Virus record (IMG/VR): IMGVR_UViG_3300031813_000669
Coordinates: 9,058-73,057 of that record
DNA: 64,000 nucleotides
Direction: 5' to 3' (one strand)
Source of the DNA: a virus
Lineage: Duplodnaviria; Caudoviricetes
Within the stretch, counting starts at the first letter, position 1; every line of letters begins with the position of its first letter. The notes under the pieces are model-generated. The model was not told the DNA's origin and ran no database searches. It saw nothing but the letters and a program-made list of their open reading frames with translations. The position numbers and the translations under genes were made by a program. Shown here piece after piece: positions 46,801 through 57,100 of this stretch.

Positions 46801-47162
46801 TAAAAATTAGTAACTATCCTGATTCTAATGATTTTTCAACTGAAGATGGATTATATTCAATATTACTGGAAAATGGAACAGACACTTTAATATCTGAAGT
46901 ATCACATGCAAATGCAGTATTTACTATAACTCAAATAAATTATGCAGCGAATACCATATCAGTTATTGCTCCAGCTGGCGGAATACTAAGTTATTCTAAT
47001 ACTTTTGTTTCAGTAAACAGAACATTTGTAGCATACAGCACACTTACATCAGATCAAGTTAGAATATATGGACAAGTTGGATATGCTTATTATCCAGAAA
47101 TATCGAATGAATTAGGACAAACAATAACGACCGAAGACGGAAGATTAATATTACTAGGATAA
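43881..47162 (+). CDS. Baseplate wedge initiator (gp7-like)
   Basis: SQLPEW......FVYFL.AYY.W; Y.TKGT..S.QFLFR.L; LLHPAG.K.LG; follows gp6. Confidence 0.75.
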   Translation: MIDSIQKTSILVPSQLPEWIRDDENYKHFVYFLQAYYQWLEQEGNVLDYSKNIPNYQDIDKTTDQFMQYFINDFLPYFPEDALISKTKALKFAKELYQTKGTPASYQFLFRVLYNSDCDIVYTKDFVFKASSGNWYVPRSLKLATDDPNFLSIANYRIFGETSKSLAVIESALQNGLKTEIFISDVQRLFLSGEYVKILDYNYQDVYFLNGNRVDKGTPGSELLRAKLVGQISQINIDPSNRGSYYQQYYPVVVYGGLNAEILNPVGAKAEVGDVTTGILQSIQVVDGGWGYRTDPNTQIVFPDLSQNAPIAAVSITLSSLLPYANISNPGFGYQNNDPIYVNYQSVNYHVADVKLVNNLGQILQVNYVSGTDENTILGLSANVVSSNANAHGAVITFPSNTRSSAANLTYAPINTLQLAQNITIGSGSYTFTKSSANANTKLSNGLDFVTFQTYSIGQVAVENGGGGLTTSPKIQALAVYDTDIATSTSDISDTAHIYKLGILSPIQVLGGGNGYRVNDAIVFSGGSGYGAYANVTNVTPSGAITEVTYYQGNLTYPLGGMGYKSDSLPTLSVKSANSSASGASLVVTGILGAGAVLSGVTSQAGQITTINVIDNGQDYTSAPNLSLKIQDFIVHNLSPSNFPKKGDVVYQGSSLNNSTWNAYVESVTFLTTIQNVSYYNLRVYNYNTYPDPNKTIYNVNNNPVNATITNNKIISDTINGLGLKIGNLTLSYSYDTNIGIYGFNSYGDGKAKAVAQFLNGLVIGQGQYLDTSGQPSSYSVLQNEDYNNFTYKLTVEKEISKYKNILLNLLHPAGLKVLGRFSAKSQSDFIVRSEDELLTGRPLYSANASGIVGSYVTMVTDFVNKSNNIITFNNIDGANLNNFIYTNSIIQLTPTNGPNVRSSVLSVNATSNQVTLSTNTWLTFSNIAYTHITAGSNVINIDVLTGAYNIINDGVYSDPNYPLKDIAYVGDNLKISNYPDSNDFSTEDGLYSILLENGTDTLISEVSHANAVFTITQINYAANTISVIAPAGGILSYSNTFVSVNRTFVAYSTLTSDQVRIYGQVGYAYYPEISNELGQTITTEDGRLILLG

Positions 47163-47166
47163 AAAA

Positions 47167-49701
47167 ATGTCTACAGTTAAAATTTCAGAATTACCATTAC
47201 TTACCCAACTAAATGCTAATACCGCAAATAGTTTGTTTGTGGGTGTCGATATACCATCAGGTGTAACTGGTAAATTTACTGCACACACTCTAGCACAAGG
47301 TTTATATTCTAATGAAATTTTAAATGTGGGTGGAAATCCTCTTTTATTCACCAATACTATATCCCAGTTTGCTGCATTTGATTCCTCATTCTTACAAATC
47401 AACCTACAGAACATCACAGGATCAGGATCCTCAGATTTTGTTGCTACTGCTAACATCGGCACACAAGCAAACAATTATATCGACATGGGCATCAATGGAT
47501 CGACTTTTAGTGATCCTAATTTCTCTTCAATGAAATCTCTTGATGGTTATTTGTATGTGCATGGTTCAAGTGATTATTCTTCAGATGGTAATCTTGTTGT
47601 AGGAACAGCATCAAAAGGTGCTAATGTATCAATTATTATTGGTGGTACAAAGTCTAGTAATGTTGTGGCGACATTCGGCAACAACAGCACATATTTCTAT
47701 AAAGACGTATTTACAGGCAATGTTACTGTAACTGGAAACTTTATACTTTCTGATGGATCTGTAGCTGCATCAAACACATATATGCAGGCTAATGATTTAA
47801 CAACATTAACTTTGTCTAGAACTTATACCGATACAGCCAATACATTCTTAAAAGCCAATGATGCATTAACTTTAAGTTCAGCTAAATCATATACTGATAC
47901 TGCAAATACATTTCTACAATCCAATATTGCTTCGACATTAACATTATCTAAAAACTACACAGATACCACCAATAATTTCATACAATCAAATTATCTTGCT
48001 AATACAACAGGAAGATTTAATGGTTCATTAACCATAACTGGTAATTTGACTGCAAATACCTTTGGAACTACAGTTTCATATGATAATATATCTTCCAACA
48101 ATGCAGTATTCTCGAAAAATATTACTGTTCTAGGATCAATTACAGCTAACACATCATTAGGTAATGTTTTCTTTTCAAATATAACAACAATAACAACACA
48201 AGCAAATACACTACAATTCTTCTCTCAATCATCATCAAATCCACCACCACAAACATCTGGTCAGATATGGTATAATGGTGATATTCAGTCATTAACAAAT
48301 GATACTGATATTGCAGGCGATAGACCAGGTATAGGTAGAGTATTGTATGAAAGAGTATACAATCAGACCGGTGCAACCATTCCTGCTGGATCTGTTGTAA
48401 GATTACAAGGTAATGTAACATCTAATAATATTCCTTGGGTTACTCTAGCTGATGCAACAACGGCGGCGAATTCTTTGGCTTCCGGTTATGTGAAGAATGC
48501 AATTGCAAATGGAGCTTACGGTTACACCTATAGTAGTGGTATTGTTGAAGGTTGTAATACTTCAATGTACACTACTGGTGATATACTGTTCTTGACTGCA
48601 ACTCCAGGTGCAGGTACAATGGCAAATACTGCTCCATTAGATCATGCCAATGCATCTATACAGATCGCAAAAGTAGTATCTTCGAATGCAACATCAGGTA
48701 AACTTCGTGTTCAGATTATAGATCGACCTGCATACGGAAAGGCAAATGGTTCTGTCGTATACGCAAACAACAATATTCTTGTTGCAACACAGATGTTGTT
48801 CTTGAATGATGATTTAAGAACAGTTAATATTGCAGGTAGTATTTCAGCAGTTGGTAGTATTGCGTTGACTGGTTCAATTACAATGAACAACTCCACATTT
48901 GCTGCAAATAGTGCTGCTGTTAACATTATTGCTTCCGCTAATGGTGCAACCCAAGCACCTATTGCTGATGGTACATTGTTACAATTAACAGGTAAAGATG
49001 GTTATAATGCCAAAGTAATTCTTGATTCTGCTGGTGCATCAAATAGTACATATGCACTTTTCAATGGTCGTTCCATGAGAGGTACTGCACAGAATCCTAC
49101 CGCAACACAAGCAGGAGATACGATAGTAAGATTTGGTGGTAATGGTTATGGTGCAACAGGATTTGGTTCTGGTGTTGGTTCTGGTGGTGCAAAGATGGAT
49201 TATGTTGCACTTGAGAACTACACAGACACACAGAAAGGAACACAGATTATATTAGCAACAACACCCGTTGGTTCTAATGCACTAACAACCGTTGTTACAT
49301 ATGCAGCTAATGCTATTAACTATGCACAGAATACATCACTATTCATTGCAAACACCATTCACTATAATGCAAATTATAACAATACAACAGTAACACAGTT
49401 AACCAATAAATCAACTGCTGTTTATGCAAATGGTCGAACTGGACAGATCACGACCAGTGGTGCGAATTTAAATAAAGGTGCGGCAGTATCATTTACAGTA
49501 TACAATACATATGTTACCAGTGCAAAAGATGTTATTATTATTAATATTGCAAGTGGTGCATCAGTAAATTATGATGTTAGTGTGAATGCAGTCTCACCGG
49601 GAAGCTTTGTTGTTGTTATAGATAACTGTGATGGAACACCATCCGGATCAAATGCGGCAGATACTCTGATATTAAACTTCGCAATCATTAATGTAACCTA
49701 A
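47167..49701 (+). CDS. Virion structural/fibre protein
   Basis: MSTVKISELP N-terminus; 22-aa YTDTANTF repeats; beta-rich Thr/Asn/Ala composition. Confidence 0.65.
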   Translation: MSTVKISELPLLTQLNANTANSLFVGVDIPSGVTGKFTAHTLAQGLYSNEILNVGGNPLLFTNTISQFAAFDSSFLQINLQNITGSGSSDFVATANIGTQANNYIDMGINGSTFSDPNFSSMKSLDGYLYVHGSSDYSSDGNLVVGTASKGANVSIIIGGTKSSNVVATFGNNSTYFYKDVFTGNVTVTGNFILSDGSVAASNTYMQANDLTTLTLSRTYTDTANTFLKANDALTLSSAKSYTDTANTFLQSNIASTLTLSKNYTDTTNNFIQSNYLANTTGRFNGSLTITGNLTANTFGTTVSYDNISSNNAVFSKNITVLGSITANTSLGNVFFSNITTITTQANTLQFFSQSSSNPPPQTSGQIWYNGDIQSLTNDTDIAGDRPGIGRVLYERVYNQTGATIPAGSVVRLQGNVTSNNIPWVTLADATTAANSLASGYVKNAIANGAYGYTYSSGIVEGCNTSMYTTGDILFLTATPGAGTMANTAPLDHANASIQIAKVVSSNATSGKLRVQIIDRPAYGKANGSVVYANNNILVATQMLFLNDDLRTVNIAGSISAVGSIALTGSITMNNSTFAANSAAVNIIASANGATQAPIADGTLLQLTGKDGYNAKVILDSAGASNSTYALFNGRSMRGTAQNPTATQAGDTIVRFGGNGYGATGFGSGVGSGGAKMDYVALENYTDTQKGTQIILATTPVGSNALTTVVTYAANAINYAQNTSLFIANTIHYNANYNNTTVTQLTNKSTAVYANGRTGQITTSGANLNKGAAVSFTVYNTYVTSAKDVIIINIASGASVNYDVSVNAVSPGSFVVVIDNCDGTPSGSNAADTLILNFAIINVT

Positions 49702-49721
49702 TTTGAGTAATAAATAAAACC

Positions 49722-51107
49722 ATGGCAAATATATCACTTCTAACATCAGGTTTAAAAAATACTACTGTAGTACAGATGGCCTACGCTCCTTCTTCTTATA
49801 TAGAAGGTAGTGAAGATAACGAAGTTAATCTATCTCAATTGTATTGCGTACTTTCCTCGGTGACACCATGGCCAGATGATAATAATCCACCGACACCAAC
49901 CCAAGATCAGTATTCAGTTAAAAAATTTCTAAAAAATGCATTTGTTGCTAAGTTGATAACAACAAACAATATATCTCCTGTAGTTCATAGAAATGATTGG
50001 TCCGCAAACACCATCTATGATTATTACAGAGATGACAAAGAGATGACAATTACTGATGAAAACGGTTACTTAGTGTATAATTTTTACATTAAGAACAAGT
50101 ATGATCAAGTATTCAAATGTTTGTGGAATAATAATGGTAGTCAATCTACAGTAGAACCATATTTTGAACCAGGATATTACTCCACAAATAATATCTACAC
50201 AGGTGGAGATGGTTACAAGTGGAAATACATGTACAGTATAAGTTCACAACAAAAAGTGAATTTTATGGACTCTACTTGGATGCCTATACCTTTCAATTTT
50301 AATTGGCCTAATCCAATTAAAAGTCAATATGGTTATGGTAGTTTAGATGTTATCAATGTATTAAATGGAGGAACAGGTTACAACCCTTCATTAGGTGATA
50401 TATTAGTCAATATAACTGGAGATGGAACTGGAGCTTCAGCTAATGTAGCTCTATCAGGTAATGTAATATCCGATATAATCGTGACAAATCCAGGATCAAA
50501 TTATACCTATGCTACTGCAACAATACAATCACCATCAGGTAATGGTGTTGTAATTTCTGCAAATACTGTTTCACCCATTGGGGGACACAGTTGGGATCCT
50601 ATGTCTGAACTTGGATGCAATCATGTGATGATTACAGTAGAATTTAATGGAACTGAGACATATAATAACATAAATTATATGCCAACTGACATAACCTATT
50701 ACCAAATGGGAATATTAGTAAATCCAACATCAAAATTAACAACTTCTGTAGCAAATTCGAATATATACAAATGTTCCACCGATTTAGTTCTATCAAGCAC
50801 AGGAACAAAATATACAATAGGTGAAACTGTCTTCCAAGGATCAACACTAACATCTTCAACATTTACTGGTACAGTTTTAGATTTTGATGCATTTAATAGT
50901 GTATTGAGTCTGATAAATACTAAAGGAACTTTAGCAGTCAATCAAGCAGTTGTAGGATCATCATCTAGCGCTTCTAAAGTTTTAATATCATATATGACAC
51001 CAGATTTCATACCTGTCTCAGGTTATCTAGCATATATAGAAAATAGATCAGGAATACAAAGAAGTTCTGATGGAATTGAACAATTTAAATTAGTATTAGG
51101 ATATTAA
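49722..51107 (+). CDS. gp8: Baseplate wedge subunit
   Basis: PW.DD..PP.P; R.DW...TIYDYY; VFKCL.N; GDGY.WKYMY; YIENR..I.RS.D..E..K.V..Y. Confidence 0.88.
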   Translation: MANISLLTSGLKNTTVVQMAYAPSSYIEGSEDNEVNLSQLYCVLSSVTPWPDDNNPPTPTQDQYSVKKFLKNAFVAKLITTNNISPVVHRNDWSANTIYDYYRDDKEMTITDENGYLVYNFYIKNKYDQVFKCLWNNNGSQSTVEPYFEPGYYSTNNIYTGGDGYKWKYMYSISSQQKVNFMDSTWMPIPFNFNWPNPIKSQYGYGSLDVINVLNGGTGYNPSLGDILVNITGDGTGASANVALSGNVISDIIVTNPGSNYTYATATIQSPSGNGVVISANTVSPIGGHSWDPMSELGCNHVMITVEFNGTETYNNINYMPTDITYYQMGILVNPTSKLTTSVANSNIYKCSTDLVLSSTGTKYTIGETVFQGSTLTSSTFTGTVLDFDAFNSVLSLINTKGTLAVNQAVVGSSSSASKVLISYMTPDFIPVSGYLAYIENRSGIQRSSDGIEQFKLVLGY

Positions 51108-51116
51108 GGTAACAAA

Positions 51117-54100
51117 ATGGCACTAAATTTTAACGTCAATCCGTATTATGATGATTTTGATCCTAGCAAAAATTTCCATCGTATACTTTTTAAGCCAGGC
51201 GTAGCAGTACAAGCTAGAGAATTAACACAATCTCAAACAATTTTACAGAATCAAATATCCAATTTAGCGGATAGTTTTTTCTCTCAGAATTCTCCTGTTA
51301 CTGGTGGCCAAGTAACAACAAATGTTAAATGTTATTACCTTAAACTCAACACAACATATAATGGATCACAAATTGTAGCAGCAAATTTCTTGAATAAAAA
51401 CATAACAGATGTAACTGGAACTATATTAGCTAAAGTTATAGCTACTGCTGAAGCAACAGGATCAGCTTCAAATCCTGGAGATCCTCCTACATTGGTAATT
51501 ACATATCTTTCTGGTGGAGTATTTTCAGATAATATGTCTGTTATTACAACAGATGGAAGCAATCAAATTGCTATCACTATTGGTACAACAGGTGGCACCA
51601 CCTCTACAGGTTATTCATCCGTTGCTTCAATAAGTCAAGGTGTTTTTTATGTGGTTACTGGATGGTCTCAATCCAATGTTCAAAATCCAGATGGAACATA
51701 TTCAAAGTATTCAATAGGCAATTTTGTAAATGTTGCTCCCCAGACTATTATCTTAGATAAGTATGATAATGCACCCACGGGTAGAATTGGCCTTAATGTT
51801 GTTGAATCTATTGTTGATTATATTACAGACACATCACTTCTGGATGAGGCAGTTGGTGCTTCGAATTATCAGGCACCTGGTGCAGATAGATATAAAATCG
51901 ATTTAACTCTTGCTAGTTACCCTATTGACTCGGGAACAGAAAGTCTATCCTTTATTGAGTTGGTTAGAATCAATAGCGGAAGTTTGGTAAAAATTGTTAA
52001 CGGAAAAAGTTTCACTTCTTCATTTGAAGATTATTTCGCAAAAAGAGATTATGAGACAAATGGAGATTATATCGTAAATGACTTCAAAATAACTGCATCA
52101 TCTATACCAGGAGACACTACAACTTATAACTTGACAATTGGTCCGGGTGTAGCATATGTGCATGGATATAGAGTTGAGAATAATAGTCCTATAACCATCA
52201 ATTCACCTAGATCACAAAACACACAAACTGTTGCAGGAAATTCTTTCCATACGGATTTTGGAAGTTATTTCATTACAGATTCAATGAAAGGTTTGTTTGA
52301 TTATACAACTATGCCACAAGTTGATTTTCATTGTGTTCCTTCAGCTAATATAAATTTATCTTCAGCAAATACTTATAATTCAACTCTAGTTGGAACTGGA
52401 TTCATAAGAAACCTTGTATTCCAAAATGCATTAAATGGAACAAACCCAAATGGATATTTGTTTAACACATATGTCAATGATATTCAAACCATAACTCTGA
52501 ATGGTAAAGTAAGCACAGCTACAAATACAACAATAACAATTGTTGATACAACAAATAACTTCTCTAATACCAACAATGCATATTATGGTGCTAAGTTAAC
52601 AATAACCGGAGGAACAGATTCACTTCTTGTTTCGGGTGTTAATGAATCTGCGAAAATAATAACAAATTACTCTGTTACTGGCAGCAGCAAAACATTTACA
52701 TTGAATTCTCCATTCTATGTCACACCAGATAGTTCGACAACATTCTCTATCTCATTACAAACTAATCTGGTAGAAAGTATCGTACAAAAATCACTGACAG
52801 GATCTTCTAATCCTACATATGCACTAACAGCTAATACTAATATCAATAATACAGGTAAAGTAAACGGAAATCCAACTGGATATACAATACTCAATAACGC
52901 AACATCACCAGAATTGATCTTTAATATTGGTTCAAGTTATGTTTCAGCTTCCGGAGGTTCAAGTTATTATACGTCCAAAATATTCAGAAATCAAAATTTC
53001 AATATTATTACCGGTCAATTACAAATAACAGCTCCATCAGGAATGTCATTCTCTTGTGGACAGGGAACATTTGGTGGAGGAACAAATAATTCTGCATTCC
53101 AGGAAACATTCCTTATTGTTGATACCAATACTGGAAATATTTTAGATTTTACTTCTTCAGGTAATACTGTAACGGTATTAGGATCTACAGCTACATTTAC
53201 ATCATCAGTTTATGCCTCACAATACACTAGTTCAACAATTAGTGTTATATCACAGTTAAAGGTAACTGATGGTGATGCTTATACCACAATAAAAAAATCC
53301 AAAAATCTTGTTAGTGGATTAGTATCAACAGCTGGAACACTTACCGCTGTATCAGGACTAGCTAATACTTATATTTCTACCGATATTAATAATAATCCAA
53401 CAGGACAAACATATATTCCATATACAAGTCTTGGTTACGGATCTATTAGTTTATATGTAACCGATTTAACCGATATAGTAAAAATTTATGACCTGGGTAC
53501 ACAAGGTACAATACCTTCAGCCGGATCATCTTTAACATCTTTCAATGATATAACAAATTATTTTACATTAGATAATGGTCAAAGAGATAATTATTATGAT
53601 TTCGCATCAATAAAATTGAAAGCTGGATTGTCACCACCAAAAAATGATATTCTTGTTGTTTATAATTACTATCTACATTCAGGCGGCGATGGTTATTTCA
53701 ATGTAAATTCTTATCCGAATTATACTACAATTCCATCCTATTCAGCTAAAGACGGAAACATTTATAATTTAAGAGATTGTATCGATTTTAGACCTTCTAG
53801 AATAAACGGGCAGGCGTCTTATGTATGGGAATACAATAACAGTTTGAGTTCTCTGGGTATGATGATTCCTACACCTGGAGTATCTTCATACTTTCAACAT
53901 AATTACGCATATTATCTGTCCAGAAAAGATAAATTAGTCTTAACAAAAGATGGTCAATTTAATATAGTTTATGGAACACCAGCTATAAACTCCATTTTAC
54001 CTAAAGAACCATTGGGAACACTAGTTCTAGCTAATATATTTTTAGATCCTTATACTTCTTATATTCCTGGTGATATTGTTAATCATCAAACTCCTATTCC

Positions 54101-57100
54101 AAATTTAACTTTAAACAAAGTATTACACAAGCGTTGGGCAAAATCTGATATAACGGAATTGCAGAACCAAGTTAATAATTTGGAATACTATACAGCACTT
54201 TCTGCATTAGAATCTAGTGCTTCTAATATACAGGTACCAGATAACAACAATATTAATAGATATAAAAATGGTATTCTTGTTGATAGTTTTAGTGATTATT
54301 CAGTTTCAGATTCAGCATATCCTGGATTCTCAGCTAAAATTGATATAAGAAATAGAAAATTAGGTCCACAACAACACATTTCTAACTTTCAATTACAGAA
54401 TCCATTAGTATTAAAATTTGCTGCTAATACTGCAACAACATATAAAGTTCACAGTATAGGTTCTTCTGGAACAAATATTTTCACTCTACCTTATACCACT
54501 TCAGACTTTATCGTTCAGAAATGGGCAAGTAACACAATTAGTATCAATCCATTCTCTGTAATCACAGAACAAGGAACACTATCACTTATTCCACCCGCTG
54601 ATAATTGGTTCAATTCAATTAAACCACCGGATTTATTGATTAATACTCCTAATATGCAATTTAATCAATATAATGGAGGAAATAATCTATTGAATTCAGG
54701 CGATGCTTATTCTCCTATTGGTGTATCAACTTACAACCAGCAGGATACAGGATTACAAGTATCCACCAATTATCAAAGTCAATTGATGGGATTATCTACA
54801 ACATCAACCACATCAACTACGGCAGGAGCTTTATCTGTTGATAATGGTGTGATTAACAATAATCAGGTTGCAACTTACATTAGACAACAAGACATTGGAA
54901 TTTACGCAAGAGGGTTGTTAAAAAACTCTAAATTAACATGTTTCTTCGATGGACAATTGGTCGACCAGTATATGTCAGCACCTAACACCATAGAATTAAC
55001 AGGGGTTCAAGGAACTTTTAAAGTAGATGATGTTGTCGGATTCTACGAAAATAACGTGACACAATTCTTCCCAATTGGTCGTGTATTATCGGTATATTAT
55101 TACCCAGATACTACAAATGCAAGAATATATTTGATTTCTTTGTCATCTTATACTCCTACTGTATCCACAACAAAATTAATAAGTGCTAACTTTGATGCAT
55201 CTGGTAAATATGTAAATTCAACAGCTAGTGGAACAGTAACATTTAACGCCAATAGCATTTATAGCTTACATGTAACCAGTTCCGTATCTGGTGTTGGTGG
55301 AAACTACACATCTGTAAATAACATAGTTCCAACATTCTATAAGACACCAAAAATATCGATTCAATCTCCATATGTTGATAGTGCAGGTTTAGTTGTAGGA
55401 ACAGTTGGTGCTGATGGATATAGTACGTTCTTTAATAATTATGCGGTCTGGGGTGATCAGAATAATAGTGCAACTTATGATATAAGATCAACACCTTATA
55501 CAATTAATTTCCCAACTGCTGGACAATATGTTCTATATGTATCTGCAACATCATCTGTAGTAAAACCTTCAACTGTCTATTTTGATGGTGTTTCTGTCGT
55601 AACAAATTCAAGTCCTTATAAACCAACAGTAATACCTTTGACTGTTTCGACAGCAGGAAATCATACATTATCCTGGTATGCTCAGAATTCATTCGGCGCT
55701 CCATTCCAGGCTGGTATAGCGGTTGCTATCTATGATGGAACTGCTTTATTGTTGTGGGATTCACTATCCACACCAGGAACTTATAACAATAATGTAGCAC
55801 AACAATATAACATGCCATTAGGTGGAGCATTCTATACCGGTTGTAAACAATTAACATTAGATTCAAATGCTTCTAATATTGATAACTTCTATACAGGATG
55901 TACCATTCAAGTAACCACAACTCATGTCTACGGACACGATTATGGTGCGGTATATTATCCTCCTGTTACCTTAACCGGTTCATACCTAGCAACAGGAATG
56001 TATTATGCAACAGGTTCATATCAAGTTCCATCATCTTATGATGTTACAACACAAGTATGGGAGGCAACTTATCCTGGAGACTCTGATGGTATTGGCACTT
56101 GGCAAACAAGTACATATACTGTATACTATGATTATACTGTATACTATGATTATCCTGTATATTACACATATCCAGTTTATTATCAATACCAGGTTTCTAC
56201 CTATGAAAATAGTGTAATAAACCAAGTACAGTCAATCGACAGTACTGTTTACTTAACTGCAATTGATAGATTCACAGCAAATATAACTAGTTATACAGGT
56301 TCAACAAGAACTGCTGTTATAGATGGACCTATTAGTGTATCATTAGGATATAATCAAAAATATGGAACACTAAATTCAACTTATACCATAACAGGTCAAG
56401 TTCAAAGTGTTGCCGGAGCAATTAATTCTGGAGGAGTACCAGCATTAAGTTCTAATGAAAACGGAGAATTTGTCGCTGTATTCCATTGCCCAGGATCTAT
56501 TTTCTTGAGTGGTAATAAAACATTTAGAGTAGACAATAGAAATATTCTTTCTCAATCTACATCAGCAACAACTTGGGCTGAAGGTGTATTCTTAGCGGGA
56601 AGTATTCAAGATCCAACAATACTTTCAGCTTCAATTGATTCAGCTAATAAGAGCATCCAACCTATAGATTATAGTGTTGCTGTGTCAACAACACCTAGAC
56701 CACAAGGTATATCTGATCCTTTGGCACAGACATTCATAATATCAAAAGACAATTATCCTAATGGTGCTTTCATATCTTCTGTGAAATTGTTCTTTGCAGG
56801 ATCAAGTGCAAACACTCTATCCACTATTTTGAATGCTCCTGTAACACTTTCCATAGTTGGAACAGTAAATGGTGTTCCTAATGGACAAACATTGAATTAT
56901 TCAACAGTTGTTAAAAATCCTGCTGATATTATACCATATGTAAGTGCGTCACCAAGTGTAACAAATGCAAACACTTATGTTCAATTCAGCTTTAGTGCTC
57001 CAGTTTACATAGAACCAGGTGTACTATATGCAATTGTTGTACAATCAAATTGCGCTGATTACTACTTATATTATGCACAACAGAATGCAACACCATTGGC

